A stretch of 57,638 bases of DNA from Collinsella sp. (GTDB lineage Bacteria; Actinomycetota; Coriobacteriia; Coriobacteriales; Coriobacteriaceae): contig DBFOPE010000211.1 in NCBI GenBank assembly GCA_048429085.1, positions 1-57,638 of the forward strand, written 5' to 3'. The notes below the pieces were generated by a model. The model did no database searches, was not told where the DNA came from, and saw only the letters and a list, made by a program, of their open reading frames with translations. Positions 29,796 through 39,343 of this stretch are shown piece after piece. Made by a program: the position numbers and the translations under genes. How positions within the stretch are numbered: position 1 is the first letter of the stretch; the number at the start of each line of letters is the position of its first letter.

Positions 29796-30397
29796 TACTT
29801 GCCCTCCGCGGTCTCAGCGGCCTTGGCGGTCGCGGTCTCGGTGGACTGGATGTAGTCGTAGCAGGTGTTGCCGGCATCGTCGGTGAGGTACTTGACCGTG
29901 AGGGCGCGCGCGGCGAGCTCGCCCACGGCGAGGGTGAGGTCGTCCAGCTCGGAGGACTGGGCGAGCGGCACGACCTTGCGCCAGCGGCGGCCGTCCTTGA
30001 GCACGAGCTCTAGCACGGCGGGCCACGTCTCGGTGGAGTCGCCGTTGTGCTTGACGGTGATCATGCCGGCCTCGTCCTTGACGTTGCCGGAGCCGTACAT
30101 GACCTTGAGGGTCGCGGCCTTGATCTCGGCGAGCGTGAGCTGCGCGCTCTCGACGCGAGAGGTCTGCGGCGACGCCATGAGGTCGCCGTTCATGTCCTTG
30201 ATGTCCTCGGAGTCGGTGTCGAGCGTCTCGACGTAGCCGTCCTCGCTGATGTAGCCGAGGCACTTCCACGCCTCGGGCAGCGCGGTCGTGTAGTCGGTCG
30301 GCAGCGCCGTTCCGACGGGAGCGGTGAAGATGTAGCCGCCCTTGACTCCCTTGGCGCTGGAGACGTTGGCGACGTTGTTTTTGTTGCTTTCTGCCAT
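29795..30397 (-). CDS. Major tail protein
   Basis: APVGTALPT, LGYISEDG motifs; position. Confidence 0.85.
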   Translation of the reverse strand: MAESNKNNVANVSSAKGVKGGYIFTAPVGTALPTDYTTALPEAWKCLGYISEDGYVETLDTDSEDIKDMNGDLMASPQTSRVESAQLTLAEIKAATLKVMYGSGNVKDEAGMITVKHNGDSTETWPAVLELVLKDGRRWRKVVPLAQSSELDDLTLAVGELAARALTVKYLTDDAGNTCYDYIQSTETATAKAAETAEGK

Positions 30398-30406
30398 GAT
30401 TGCTCC

Positions 30407-30748
30407 TTATTCGCAGATGGTCAGGTTGATGTTCGTCTGGTATCTGGGAGTCCCCGTGTCGGGGTCGTCCCATCGGTAGGTGCCGTCGGGCACGGCGGAG
30501 AACACGTTCGGCTCGTCCTCGATGGCGGAGCACGCCCGCTCGACGGCCTCGGCGATCTCGCGTGCGCGCCTGCGGGTCTTCGCCCACGACGTGGCGAGCA
30601 CGCGCGGCGACTGGATGAACCGTGTAGCGCTCGTGGCGGCGAGGGTGACCTGGACGAACTCATCGGGTCTCTCGCGCGGCACGTCGGGCACGCACTTGAT
30701 GCCGGTCGCGTGCATAAGGCGCTGGGCCACTACCCTCTCGATGTCCAT
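30407..30748 (-). CDS. Tail terminator / head-tail joining protein
   Basis: Size, position, DVPRERPDEFV and C-terminal PRYQ. Confidence 0.65.
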   Translation of the reverse strand: MDIERVVAQRLMHATGIKCVPDVPRERPDEFVQVTLAATSATRFIQSPRVLATSWAKTRRRAREIAEAVERACSAIEDEPNVFSAVPDGTYRWDDPDTGTPRYQTNINLTICE

Positions 30749-31038
30749 CAGTCACCCCCGAAGACGGATTGCAGGCGGTTGTGCTTGCGCTCGCTCACGT
30801 TGGCGTGCTTGCTATCCGTGTAGACGACGCGGCCCCTCGCAAGCGAACCGCCTGCGACCGCGGTGCTGTAGCCGTTCTCGCCGTACTTCGGCGTGAACGT
30901 GGAGTTGCATGCGGCCGCGGCGGCGTTGGCCTTCTCGGTGAGCATGGCCTGCACGCCCCCGCCGTTCATGACCTCGGCGTATCCGCCGCGGTTCCAGCCC
31001 TTCCACTTGATCTTGACCTCGCACTTCGCCTTAGCCAT
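30748..31038 (-). CDS. Neck protein (HK97 gp10-like position)
   Basis: Position in head-tail module, coupled start/stop. Confidence 0.55.
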   Translation of the reverse strand: MAKAKCEVKIKWKGWNRGGYAEVMNGGGVQAMLTEKANAAAAACNSTFTPKYGENGYSTAVAGGSLARGRVVYTDSKHANVSERKHNRLQSVFGGD

Positions 31039-31372
31039 CGGTTCGGGTCACCTCGCAGGTGAGGTCCCAGGGGCCGGGCGTGTTGGCCGCGGTGTATCGC
31101 TTGGGGTCGCCGACCACCTTGTAGTCGGTGCCGCGCACCGTGACCGTCGCGTCCTTGAGGTCAACGTCCGCGCCCTTCGGGAAGCAGAGCGTGTAGGCGA
31201 CCGTCACGCCATTGGGGCGCGTCGAGTCGAGGTCGGCGGTCGCGCCGGGGCAGACCACGACGTTTTCGACCGCCGTCTCGGTCACCGTCTCGCCGGTCGG
31301 CTCTCCCAGCTCGTCGAACGACTGGGCCGCACTGCGCACGGTCACGGTCTCGCCGGAGATGAGGCACGTCAT
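31031..31372 (-). CDS. Head closure protein
   Basis: Start MTCLISGETVTV; DELGEP and VRGTDYKVVGDP motifs. Confidence 0.65.
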   Translation of the reverse strand: MTCLISGETVTVRSAAQSFDELGEPTGETVTETAVENVVVCPGATADLDSTRPNGVTVAYTLCFPKGADVDLKDATVTVRGTDYKVVGDPKRYTAANTPGPWDLTCEVTRTDG

Positions 31373-31764
31373 TCGGCCACCCCTCCCCTCTCCAGAGGCG
31401 TGAGCGCCCCGAGCGCCTGACCGGTGAGGCCGAGACGCCTGAGGTCGCTCTTCCCGAGGTACATCTCGCCGAGCGCCGAGCCGTAGGTCACCGATGCCGT
31501 GTATCCGCCCGCCCCCTGGCTGTACTGGGTGGCCCCTGCCATGGCGGCGGGGGCGGAGAGCACGCGGTTGACGAGCAGGCAGCACACGGCGGGCGCGGCG
31601 CGGTCGAACGCCGGGCACGCCCCCTCGGTGTACTCGCCGATTCGGTCCTCGAATGCCGCGAGCATCAGGTCCGATGCGTCCTGCAGCAGCACCCCGGTGC
31701 GGGCCTCGTCCGCGGGCTCGCCGTAGCGGGCCTTGTAGTCGTCCACGCTGGCGAGCGCGGCCAT
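31369..31764 (-). CDS. Head-tail adaptor (Gp19/Gp15/Gp42-like)
   Basis: ASVDDY, LLQDAS, SQGAGGYTASVTY, DLRRLG. Confidence 0.75.
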   Translation of the reverse strand: MAALASVDDYKARYGEPADEARTGVLLQDASDLMLAAFEDRIGEYTEGACPAFDRAAPAVCCLLVNRVLSAPAAMAGATQYSQGAGGYTASVTYGSALGEMYLGKSDLRRLGLTGQALGALTPLERGGVAE

Positions 31765-31766
31765 GG

Positions 31767-31964
31767 CTACTCGGCCTCCATGATCCCGGCGTCGACGAGG
31801 GCCTGAACGACCTTCGCGACGGTCGGGCTGGCGCCGGGGTTGGCGACCTTCTTGGGCAGCACGAGCGGCTTGCCGTCGGGCGAGACGAGCGCAACGTGCT
31901 GCGGGAGGATGCTGGACGCCTTGCCAACGTCCTCCACGATGAACTTCTGGACTAGATGAGCCAT
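31767..31964 (-). CDS. Small capsid-associated (head fibre/decoration-like) protein
   Basis: Start MAHLVQKF; C-terminal VVQALVDAGIM; directly after the capsid gene. Confidence 0.5.
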   Translation of the reverse strand: MAHLVQKFIVEDVGKASSILPQHVALVSPDGKPLVLPKKVANPGASPTVAKVVQALVDAGIMEAE

Positions 31965-31975
31965 CTCGGTACCCC

Positions 31976-32863
31976 CTAGGCGCTCTTGAGGACGGCGAAG
32001 GCCTTCGGGTCGAGTACCGCGTATGCGAGGACGGCCTCGGTGCGGTAGGCGATCTGGTTGTAGCCCTTCAGGTCCTGACCGGTGTTGTCGGGGTCGCCGT
32101 ACTCGATGACCTCGGCGGTGATGTCGCGGACCATGCCCCACTTGATGGCGGAGAAGTCGCCCATGATCGCGGAGACCTTGGTCGGGGTCTTGGCGAGACG
32201 GCCGTTCACGGTGCCGGACACGGAGGCGGGGATGCCGTCGAGGTTGCCCACGTTGAGGGACAGCGGCACCTCGGGGTACAGGCGCTGCCCGGTGGCGGGC
32301 ACGCGCAGCTTACGCAGCTCGGAGGCGAACTGGCGGCTCATGGCGATGCCGTTGATGCCGTAGTCGAGCAGGGCGTCGGAGAGGGAGTCAATGTCGTCGA
32401 CCGGGGAGTCGGTCTTGGCGACGCTGTGGACGTCCTTGTCAGCGGTCAGGGCGGTGTAGCCCGTGAGGCCGAGGCCGGTCTTGGGGTTGATGGCGTGGTA
32501 GACGATGTAGTCGAGCGCGCGGCCCGCGGCGGCGGTCTGGTCGGCGATGATGTTGGAGATGATCTCCAGCTGGTTGTCCTCGTCGGCCCACTTCAGCTCG
32601 TCGGAGACGCGCGTGGTCGTGACGATCTTGGCGCGCTTTGCGACCACGGGGTCGGTGGAGATCTCGGAGCCGGACTTCTTGCCGCCCTCGGCGACGACCT
32701 CGGCCTCTGCGGTCGGGTTGAACACGAGATAGGTCGTGTCGGCGAACTTCTTCGGCGTGCTGGGGCTCAGCGTGGCGATGGTGGAGGTGTCCTTCACCTT
32801 GCCGATGATGGTGGAGACCACGCTGGACGGCAGCTTGATTTTCTGGGTGTCGTTTGCAGCCAT
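31976..32863 (-). CDS. Major capsid protein (HK97 fold)
   Basis: AEVVAEG, TTRVSDEL, GDFS, NQIAYRTE, PKAFAVL. Confidence 0.9.
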   Translation of the reverse strand: MAANDTQKIKLPSSVVSTIIGKVKDTSTIATLSPSTPKKFADTTYLVFNPTAEAEVVAEGGKKSGSEISTDPVVAKRAKIVTTTRVSDELKWADEDNQLEIISNIIADQTAAAGRALDYIVYHAINPKTGLGLTGYTALTADKDVHSVAKTDSPVDDIDSLSDALLDYGINGIAMSRQFASELRKLRVPATGQRLYPEVPLSLNVGNLDGIPASVSGTVNGRLAKTPTKVSAIMGDFSAIKWGMVRDITAEVIEYGDPDNTGQDLKGYNQIAYRTEAVLAYAVLDPKAFAVLKSA

Positions 32864-32888
32864 TTCTGTGCCTTTCTTCGGGTTTGGC

Positions 32889-33347
32889 TTACTTCAGGAG
32901 GCGCTTGGCGAAGTCTCGCAGCGCCTCGTCCCCGCCCTTGCCGCCCTTGTCGAAGCTGCCGGGCTTCTCCACTCGCGGCGCGGGCTTTGTCTTGAATGCG
33001 GCGAGCATCTTGTCGCACCATGCGGCCATGCTCTCCTCGTCCTCGCCGACGATGAGCTCGGCGGGGACTCCCTTCTCCTGCGCGACCTTGGCGGCGGTCT
33101 TGGCTCGCGCCTCGGCCTTCTCCTTGGCGTCGAGTCGCTTCTCGAGCTCCGCGACCTTCTCGTCGGCGGTCTTCTTCGCCTGGTTGGCCTCGTCGAGTGC
33201 GCTTGCCGCGCTCTTGTTGGCCTTGGCCTGCTTCTCCCACTTGCGGGAGTGCGCCTTCTCGGCCTCGTAGAGCGCCTTGTAGTCGGGCTCCTCGCCACCG
33301 GTCGGCTCCGTACCGCCCGTGGGCTCCGTGTTGGTCTCTGCTGCCAT
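32889..33347 (-). CDS. Capsid scaffolding protein
   Basis: Charged coiled coil (SRKWEKQAKAN, GVPAELIVG) upstream of the capsid gene; AAAGGA RBS. Confidence 0.8.
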   Translation of the reverse strand: MAAETNTEPTGGTEPTGGEEPDYKALYEAEKAHSRKWEKQAKANKSAASALDEANQAKKTADEKVAELEKRLDAKEKAEARAKTAAKVAQEKGVPAELIVGEDEESMAAWCDKMLAAFKTKPAPRVEKPGSFDKGGKGGDEALRDFAKRLLK

Positions 33348-33443
33348 GTCGCGTCCTTTCCCGGACCGTGCGGCCCGTCGGGCCAGCCGTGCGGCCGAGC
33401 CCCTTAGATGTGCGTTTCGGGCCGTGCGGCCCTGTCGCGCGGC

Positions 33444-33465
33444 AGTGTCCTACGGGCGTGAGATT
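33444..33465 (-). promoter_or_regulatory. Putative late promoter (AATCTCAC-N8-GACACT)
   Basis: Motif shared with 18409-18430 and 38125-38146. Confidence 0.5.
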
Positions 33466-33491
33466 TGGCCTGTTTGGCGTTTTTCGGCATG

Positions 33492-33513
33492 AAAAAAGCC
33501 GCCCGTGGGCGGC
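33492..33513 (-). terminator. Intrinsic terminator after the MuF-like gene
   Basis: GCCGCC-CACG-GGCGGC followed by T6. Confidence 0.7.
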
Positions 33514-33577
33514 CATGCGGTATGATGGGGTTAGGCGGAAGCTGTTTGACTCACCTATTGAGACATGCAGCTCCCGC

Positions 33578-34849
33578 CTATTTTTTTATCGTTTGGAGCG
33601 ACCCGTCGTGCCCCAGCATCCGCACCTCAGAGATTCCGTACCTCTTCATGTACTTGCGTATCCACGCTTCGGCTTGGCTGTCGGTGACCGACTTGTTCTC
33701 GCTGACGTCGAAGACGGAGAACCGCACCCCGCTCTTGTTGGCCACGGACTTCATGTGCGACTTGAACGTGTTCTCCGATTTCGACGTGTACACGGTCTTG
33801 ATTTCGATGCCCGTGGACAGGTCGGCGCGGCTTACGGTCGTTTTTCCCTGCGCGTTCTCGCTCTTCAGGTGCACCTCGTCTTCCCAGAACTCGGTCTTGT
33901 AGCCCAGTGCCGCCAGCTTCTCTGCGGTTCTCCTCTCTCCGGGGTCTACCCTCCACCTCTTTACCTTGTCGCGCCTCACCGCATCGTCCGTGAACGTTAT
34001 GCCCTTATGCTCGCCGCCCGCGTACCAGGACGGGTCGCGTAGCTCTATCTCGGATGCGACGCGGTTGTTGAGGTAGGCGGTGTACGCCTTCCCCTCCTTG
34101 TTGCCGTGGCGCCTCACGAGCGCTTTGCGTTCGTCCTCCGGCATTGCGTACCAGTCGGAGGCGATGCCGTCGCGGCCTCCGAGCGCGGCCAGGCAGTCGT
34201 TATACCTCTCGTACATCCCGTCAGGGTCGTATCCCTTGACTGTGGTCACCCCGTCGAAGCCGGGAACGATTCGGCAGTCGCAGTGCGCGTGCGAGTGTTC
34301 GGCCGCCTCCTCGGTCTTGGCGTAGAAGCCGAACGACGCGAGCATGAGGCAGAACCCGCACGTCTCGCCACGGGGAACGCGGGCGTACCACGGCTTTGCC
34401 GGGTCTTTGCGCGCGTTGTGGGCGACGCACCTGTTGGCGGCGCGCCTGATCTCCTCGTCGACCCTCGTGACGCACCGCGAGACAAAGACCTCGGGGGCGC
34501 CCTCGACGACCTTGCCGATGAAATATCTAACCGCGCCGAGCGTGGCATCCGGGTCTCGCATGGACTCGGCGACCGCCCGATACTTCCCAGGGAAGCCCTG
34601 CGACGCCCTGACCGCGTCGTAGTATTCTGCGGCCCTCGCGGCGGCGCACGTGTCGGCGTAGTACCCGAGCACCGTCTCGATCGTCTCGTAGGCCCTCTCG
34701 CGGAGAGAGGCGACATCGCCGCCACCTCCGCGCTCCCAGCTCGACAGCAGGGACTCGAGCGCCGGCCTCACCTTCGCCTGGGCGTCTGCCGACAGCGCGT
34801 TCACCTCATCGGTCAGCTCGTCCAGCAGGCTAGTCGGCACCGCCGCCAT
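33578..34849 (-). CDS. Minor head (MuF/VG15-like) protein with C-terminal PD-(D/E)xK CdiA-C-like nuclease extension
   Basis: CGFCLMLAS and HAHCDCRIVP motifs; tail ERRTAEKL..ADL..IEIKT..VFDVS; start MAAVPTS. Confidence 0.7.
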   Translation of the reverse strand: MAAVPTSLLDELTDEVNALSADAQAKVRPALESLLSSWERGGGGDVASLRERAYETIETVLGYYADTCAAARAAEYYDAVRASQGFPGKYRAVAESMRDPDATLGAVRYFIGKVVEGAPEVFVSRCVTRVDEEIRRAANRCVAHNARKDPAKPWYARVPRGETCGFCLMLASFGFYAKTEEAAEHSHAHCDCRIVPGFDGVTTVKGYDPDGMYERYNDCLAALGGRDGIASDWYAMPEDERKALVRRHGNKEGKAYTAYLNNRVASEIELRDPSWYAGGEHKGITFTDDAVRRDKVKRWRVDPGERRTAEKLAALGYKTEFWEDEVHLKSENAQGKTTVSRADLSTGIEIKTVYTSKSENTFKSHMKSVANKSGVRFSVFDVSENKSVTDSQAEAWIRKYMKRYGISEVRMLGHDGSLQTIKK

Positions 34850-36248
34850 TCTCGCCCTCCTTCGGCTCGAACAGCGATGCGATAGCCGCGCCCGCCTGCG
34901 CCTTCTTGGCATCCGACTCGATGCGCTGGATCTGCTCGTCCGTGTAGTCGAGCATCTCGTAGGCCACCGTGGAGTTGGCGAGCTTCGGGAGCGCCTGCAC
35001 CTGCTTGAGCAGCGCGTCGGACAGGCTCACCGTGGACGGGTACGCCGGGGACAGGAATCGCGGGTTGATCTCATGCCCCGCGTCGCGCTCGGTGGCGAAA
35101 TCGGTGCCGTTCGCCACGGCGAGCGCCATGTAGGCCACGTTGCGCAGCGCCGTGCCGTTGTCGCGGTTGAGGTTCTTGGCGTCGATGACCAAGGGCTCCA
35201 GGGACGCAGCGATGGCGTCCGAGGAGGACGGGTTGTCGTTGGACACGCCGAAGAAGCTCACCGGCACGTTGGTCACGGCCGACATCTGGCAGGCGAGCTG
35301 GCGCAGGTACTCCGTGAGCGGTGCCATCTGGAGCTGCGCGGACTGCCAGACCGTGGGCTTGTCGCCGTCCGGGTCTTTCGTGATCTCGTTGACCGCGCCC
35401 ATCGAGGCGTCGTACTTGTTGCCGTCGTTGAGCATCTTCTTGTAGGTGCCCAGTAGCCAAGTCTGCGGCAGGGTCGCGGCCTCGGCGGCGACCTCCATTC
35501 GGGCGCGCTGCCGGATGGCGTCGTCGGTGATGCTCATCACGGAGCGGCTTATGCGCGAGGTGCCGAAGGGGCGCTCGAGTGTCGCGCCGTGTGCCATCGG
35601 CTCCATGAGGCAGCGCCCCATCGAGTGCTCGCGGTACTCGGCTACCCACGAGCCGCCGTCGCGCGTGAGCACCACGAGGCTGTCGTCGGTGAGCAGGTGC
35701 ACCACGGTCGGCACGCGCTCGGTGTCGCCGGGCATCTTCTTGGACTCAGCCACGACGATGCCCGCCCTGATGGCCTTGCGAGCGTCGTCCCACAGGGCCG
35801 CCGCCGCGGTGGCGGGGTATGCCGAGATGACCGGGTAGCCGCCGCCGTCCGTCACGGTCCAGAAGCCGCAGCAGTGCTTCAGCTCGCCGATGAGGTTCTT
35901 GCGGTAGAGGCGCTCCAGCTGGTTCGACTCGCAGATGGCGCGGAGGGCCTTGCTCGTCTGCTCGTCCGCGCACGTGTAACCGTTGAAGATGGAGCGGTCC
36001 GCCAGGGCGTGCACGGCCTTGCGGGGCCAGTCGACGCGCGGGTTGATCTTCTTGGCGAGGCTCGCCGGCATGGCGATGCCGAGGTCCTTCACCGACATGT
36101 GTCCGAGGTAGTAGTCCTCGCGCTCGAGATTGCTGGCGCGGTGCTCGCGCCAGACGGTCATGAGCTCGCGGACGAGCGCCGCGTCGCCCGGCTCCAAGCC
36201 TGCGGCGGATGCTACCTGCCCCGCCAGTTCCATGTTCACTGCTGCCAT
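34830..36248 (-). CDS. Portal protein (SPP1 gp6-like)
   Basis: Start MAAVNMEL; YYLG, WPRKAV, RPFGTSRI, NPSSSDAI; follows terminase. Confidence 0.88.
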   Translation of the reverse strand: MAAVNMELAGQVASAAGLEPGDAALVRELMTVWREHRASNLEREDYYLGHMSVKDLGIAMPASLAKKINPRVDWPRKAVHALADRSIFNGYTCADEQTSKALRAICESNQLERLYRKNLIGELKHCCGFWTVTDGGGYPVISAYPATAAAALWDDARKAIRAGIVVAESKKMPGDTERVPTVVHLLTDDSLVVLTRDGGSWVAEYREHSMGRCLMEPMAHGATLERPFGTSRISRSVMSITDDAIRQRARMEVAAEAATLPQTWLLGTYKKMLNDGNKYDASMGAVNEITKDPDGDKPTVWQSAQLQMAPLTEYLRQLACQMSAVTNVPVSFFGVSNDNPSSSDAIAASLEPLVIDAKNLNRDNGTALRNVAYMALAVANGTDFATERDAGHEINPRFLSPAYPSTVSLSDALLKQVQALPKLANSTVAYEMLDYTDEQIQRIESDAKKAQAGAAIASLFEPKEGENGGGAD

Positions 36249-37669
36249 CAGAAGCTGGCCTCCTGTTCCCTTCGCGGGTCTCGTTTCGTTGTTCTCGCCG
36301 CCCAGAGGGCGAGCGATGCGGACTCGATGGGGGCGGCGATGGAGTCGGGACCGTCCTCGAAGCCCCACCCGTCCCTGCCGATGTCGCGCTTGAGCGACTT
36401 GCGCGCCGAGTCGTCGAGCGCCGGCGACTCGATGTGCGAGAGCGTGCCCGAGTCGACCTCGTCCTTGAGCATCGACGCCGCAGCCTGCACGATTGCCGGG
36501 GTTCCCATCTCGAGTGCGCACTTGCTGAAGCCGCCGTCGAGCATCCGCCGCTTGAGCGCGTCCGCTCCGGACTTGCCGTCGATGCAGACGCACGCGATCT
36601 CGTCTCGGTTGCGCAGGAGCATGTCCGAGATCGCGACCGTTCCGCCCGAAGCGCCCATCACGTCGTACAGCTCGACGTAGGACGGTCCGTCCCTGTCGGC
36701 GAGCGCCCAGGACACCGCGGCGCGGGAGCCGTCCACGGAGAACTTCACGCCGAAGGCGAGCTTTCCGCCGGTGGGCGCTGAGTCGCGCCGGCACCCGTCC
36801 CACTTCTTGGAGGACAGGGCGTAGAGGAGCGAGCCTCCCGTCTTCGCCCACCATCCGAGACGCTCGCGCGCGAACACGTCGGGCTGCATCTGCTCGGACT
36901 CGCCCTTGACGGCCTCGTAGTTGAGCACGGTGCCCATGGACGGGTTGAACTCGTACCATCTCGACTCGTCGTGGACGTCGCCTATCTCGTCCGCGCCCCA
37001 CTCGATCCACGCCATCTCGGACTCGCCGTCGTGCACGTCGTCGTGGAGGTCGCGGAACACCGTGCCGACGTTGTCGGGGCCTGGCGGCGTTCCGAGGTAG
37101 ATGGTCTGCGGGTTGTGCATCGCGCTCGCCGAGATTGCAGGCAGGGACGCCGCCTGCTGCGTGTCCGTGAGCTCCTGCGCCTCGTCGTAGATGAGCACGT
37201 CGTAGGTCTTGCCTCGCGCCAGCGAGTTGGTGCGGGTGGTGAAGCGAATGAGTCCGCCGTTCTTGAGGCTGATGGCCTGCTGCCCGTTCGTCTTGCGCAC
37301 GGCGAGCAGGAGGTCGTGCAGCTCGGTCTCGTCCTCGTCCTCGAATGGCTGGGACAGCTCCTTGAACATCTGGTCGGAGGTGTCGCCGTGCTGGCAGGTG
37401 TACAGGATCTTCTCGCCGTTGAGCGCGCCGTAGAAGCACCTGGCGCGCACGACCCAGCTCTTTCCGTTCTGGCGCGGGATGGAGATGCCCAGCGTGCGCA
37501 GCAGGTACTTGTCGCGCGCGTCGCGGGCCAGCATCGCGTCGAGCAGGTGCGGCTGCCACGGCAGCGGGTCGCCGAAGTAGGCGGTCGCGAGCTCGCAGGC
37601 CATCCCGCCGTCGCCGCTGAGGTCCTCCGGGACGTTGGCCTCGTATGTCGGCGTCTGCCTGGGCTCCAT
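36248..37669 (-). CDS. terL: Terminase large subunit
   Basis: PWQ, PRQNGKS Walker A, LIYDEAQ Walker B, GTPP, NPSMG. Confidence 0.93.
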   Translation of the reverse strand: MEPRQTPTYEANVPEDLSGDGGMACELATAYFGDPLPWQPHLLDAMLARDARDKYLLRTLGISIPRQNGKSWVVRARCFYGALNGEKILYTCQHGDTSDQMFKELSQPFEDEDETELHDLLLAVRKTNGQQAISLKNGGLIRFTTRTNSLARGKTYDVLIYDEAQELTDTQQAASLPAISASAMHNPQTIYLGTPPGPDNVGTVFRDLHDDVHDGESEMAWIEWGADEIGDVHDESRWYEFNPSMGTVLNYEAVKGESEQMQPDVFARERLGWWAKTGGSLLYALSSKKWDGCRRDSAPTGGKLAFGVKFSVDGSRAAVSWALADRDGPSYVELYDVMGASGGTVAISDMLLRNRDEIACVCIDGKSGADALKRRMLDGGFSKCALEMGTPAIVQAAASMLKDEVDSGTLSHIESPALDDSARKSLKRDIGRDGWGFEDGPDSIAAPIESASLALWAARTTKRDPRREQEASF

Positions 37670-38100
37670 CAGGCGCCCGCCGCCTTGGCCTTGCGCTCGC
37701 GGTCGGCGAACATGAGGCTCAGCACCCTAGCGCCGTCGCTCTGCGGACGCGCCTGCTGCACCTGGATGGGCACCGCCTTGCGCGACAGCCCGAGCAGCTC
37801 GTTGAGCGCGCGTATCTCGGCTGTCGCCTGCTTGAGCACGGACACGGCGGGGTGCGGGCGCTCCATGATGGCGTGCCGCCCGTTCTTCGCCTTGACGGGC
37901 TTGTAGCCGACGGGGTCGAGCACCTTCACGGACTTGCCCCTGCTCATCGCGTCCTCCGCGGCCTTCGCCACGGCGTGCCAGTAGCACAGCAGCGCGAGGT
38001 TCGGCGCGTCCTCGTCGGAGAAGCGCCCCGATGCGGTTACGCTCGCCCAGATATGCGATTGATAGTCGTCGGATGCGACCGATTCCGGCATCTCCGGCAT
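37669..38100 (-). CDS. terS: Terminase small subunit
   Basis: AGGAGG RBS; PHPAVSVL..LGLS motif; directly upstream of terL. Confidence 0.75.
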   Translation of the reverse strand: MPEMPESVASDDYQSHIWASVTASGRFSDEDAPNLALLCYWHAVAKAAEDAMSRGKSVKVLDPVGYKPVKAKNGRHAIMERPHPAVSVLKQATAEIRALNELLGLSRKAVPIQVQQARPQSDGARVLSLMFADRERKAKAAGA

Positions 38101-38124
38101 CCCGGCCTCCTTTCTCGTGCCCGC

Positions 38125-38146
38125 ATTGTGCGATGCGGGTGAGATT
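38125..38146 (-). promoter_or_regulatory. Putative late promoter (AATCTCAC-N8-CACAAT)
   Basis: Upstream of terS; motif shared with two other operon heads. Confidence 0.55.
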
Positions 38147-38345
38147 CGCGGCCTACCCCGCCCTGGGGTCATGGGGCGGGGGGAAATCGGCACTGGCAGC
38201 GATGGGTGTCCGTGCACCCCCGGGGAGGGGCGATGCCCCCGCCATCGACGGCTAGGCGCCCCAAAAAGCAGTGAGGCGCAGCCGTGCCGACGACCGCGCC
38301 TCCAGTTAGACCTTTCAGTCCCGCCTATTCAGTTGTCCATAACGT

Positions 38346-38627
38346 TTAGAACAGCCTCGTGCGCCTTATCTCGACGGGCCTCGCGTCGCCCGGCATGTGC
38401 TTGCCCTTCCTCTGGTTGCAGATGCGGTGCGCCGCGTCGAGGTTCGAGTAGTCCAGCACCGCGCCGCCCCTCGCCCTCGGCACCACGTGGTCGGCCTCGA
38501 AGCTCCACGGCGTGCCTGGCGGCAGGCTGTAGTCTATGGGCTGGCCGCATATGTGGCACGGCCTGCCCTCGGCGCGGAGCCTCGCCTTGAGCTTGCGCTC
38601 GGCGTTGCCGTTGGAGCTCCACGTCAT
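38346..38627 (-). CDS. HNH endonuclease (packaging-associated)
   Basis: CHICG, EADHVVP, NLDAAHRICNQRK. Confidence 0.9.
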   Translation of the reverse strand: MTWSSNGNAERKLKARLRAEGRPCHICGQPIDYSLPPGTPWSFEADHVVPRARGGAVLDYSNLDAAHRICNQRKGKHMPGDARPVEIRRTRLF

Positions 38628-39058
38628 GCGAGGTGCTTCCTCGCGAGGTAGTCCTTCTTCACCGATATGGTTGGCAGCTCGTCGGCGCTTCCTATCTTGA
38701 TGGTGATAGTGATGGGCGGCAGTATGAACCTCTCGTCGATGTCCCCCGCCACGTAGTCCGCCATGGACTCCAGCAGGGCCGTGGCGTCGCGGAGCTGCTG
38801 TGCCACCTTCTCGCCTTCACTCATGCGACCAGCCCCACGACCAGCTGCATGCACCGCAGCACGGCGGCAATGCAAAGCAGCACGAGCGCGGCAATGATGA
38901 GGCACCCGATGAGCTTGCCGATCAGCCTTCCGATCTCGTCCATTCAATCCTCCAATCTCACCCGCACGCCATGCGCACGAGAACGGTCAAAACCACGGCG
39001 AGCGCCCATGCGGACCTCGCCGCCCACGCCAGCAGCGCCGAGAGCGCCGCCAGCGACA

Positions 39059-39343
39059 TCAGCCACAGAACATGTCGCACGCCGCCTCCTGCATGTCCCT
39101 CATGTGGTCCGCTATCCATGGGAGCGCCCAGTAGGCGACGTCGCTCGGCTCCGCGTCCGCCCCGTCGAACTTCTCCCAGAAGGCGTCGTCGAACTCCACC
39201 TCGCAGATGCCGTAGTCGCAGCAGCACTCATACATCTTGGCGCACTCGGCGCAGGTCGGGCCGCGCTCCCCGAAGCGCCTGTCGATTGCCGCGTCGGTGC
39301 ATCCGTCCGGGAGGTTGTAGCCCGGATCACAGCTTGCCCCCAA
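39059..39343 (-). CDS. Cys-rich hypothetical phage protein
   Basis: NLPDGC, CAEC..CCCDYGIC. Confidence 0.55.
   Translation of the reverse strand: MGASCDPGYNLPDGCTDAAIDRRFGERGPTCAECAKMYECCCDYGICEVEFDDAFWEKFDGADAEPSDVAYWALPWIADHMRDMQEAACDMFCG

Noticed and set aside
34830..37559. 909-aa ORF, and similarly 44436-46298 (620 aa) and 25996-27453 (485 aa)
   Set aside because: Real genes (portal, ssb, Dit) extended upstream through alternative frames of neighbouring genes, a high-GC artefact
38150..38340. cos/pac site between HNH and terS
   Set aside because: Position is plausible and G/C runs are present, but no specific site can be supported without virion-end sequencing
38134..38966. 13-bp inverted repeat AATCTCACCCGCA as an invertible segment
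   Set aside because: The second copy coincides with a stop codon and RBS, there is no dedicated invertase, and the enclosed genes are co-oriented with their neighbours; likely chance
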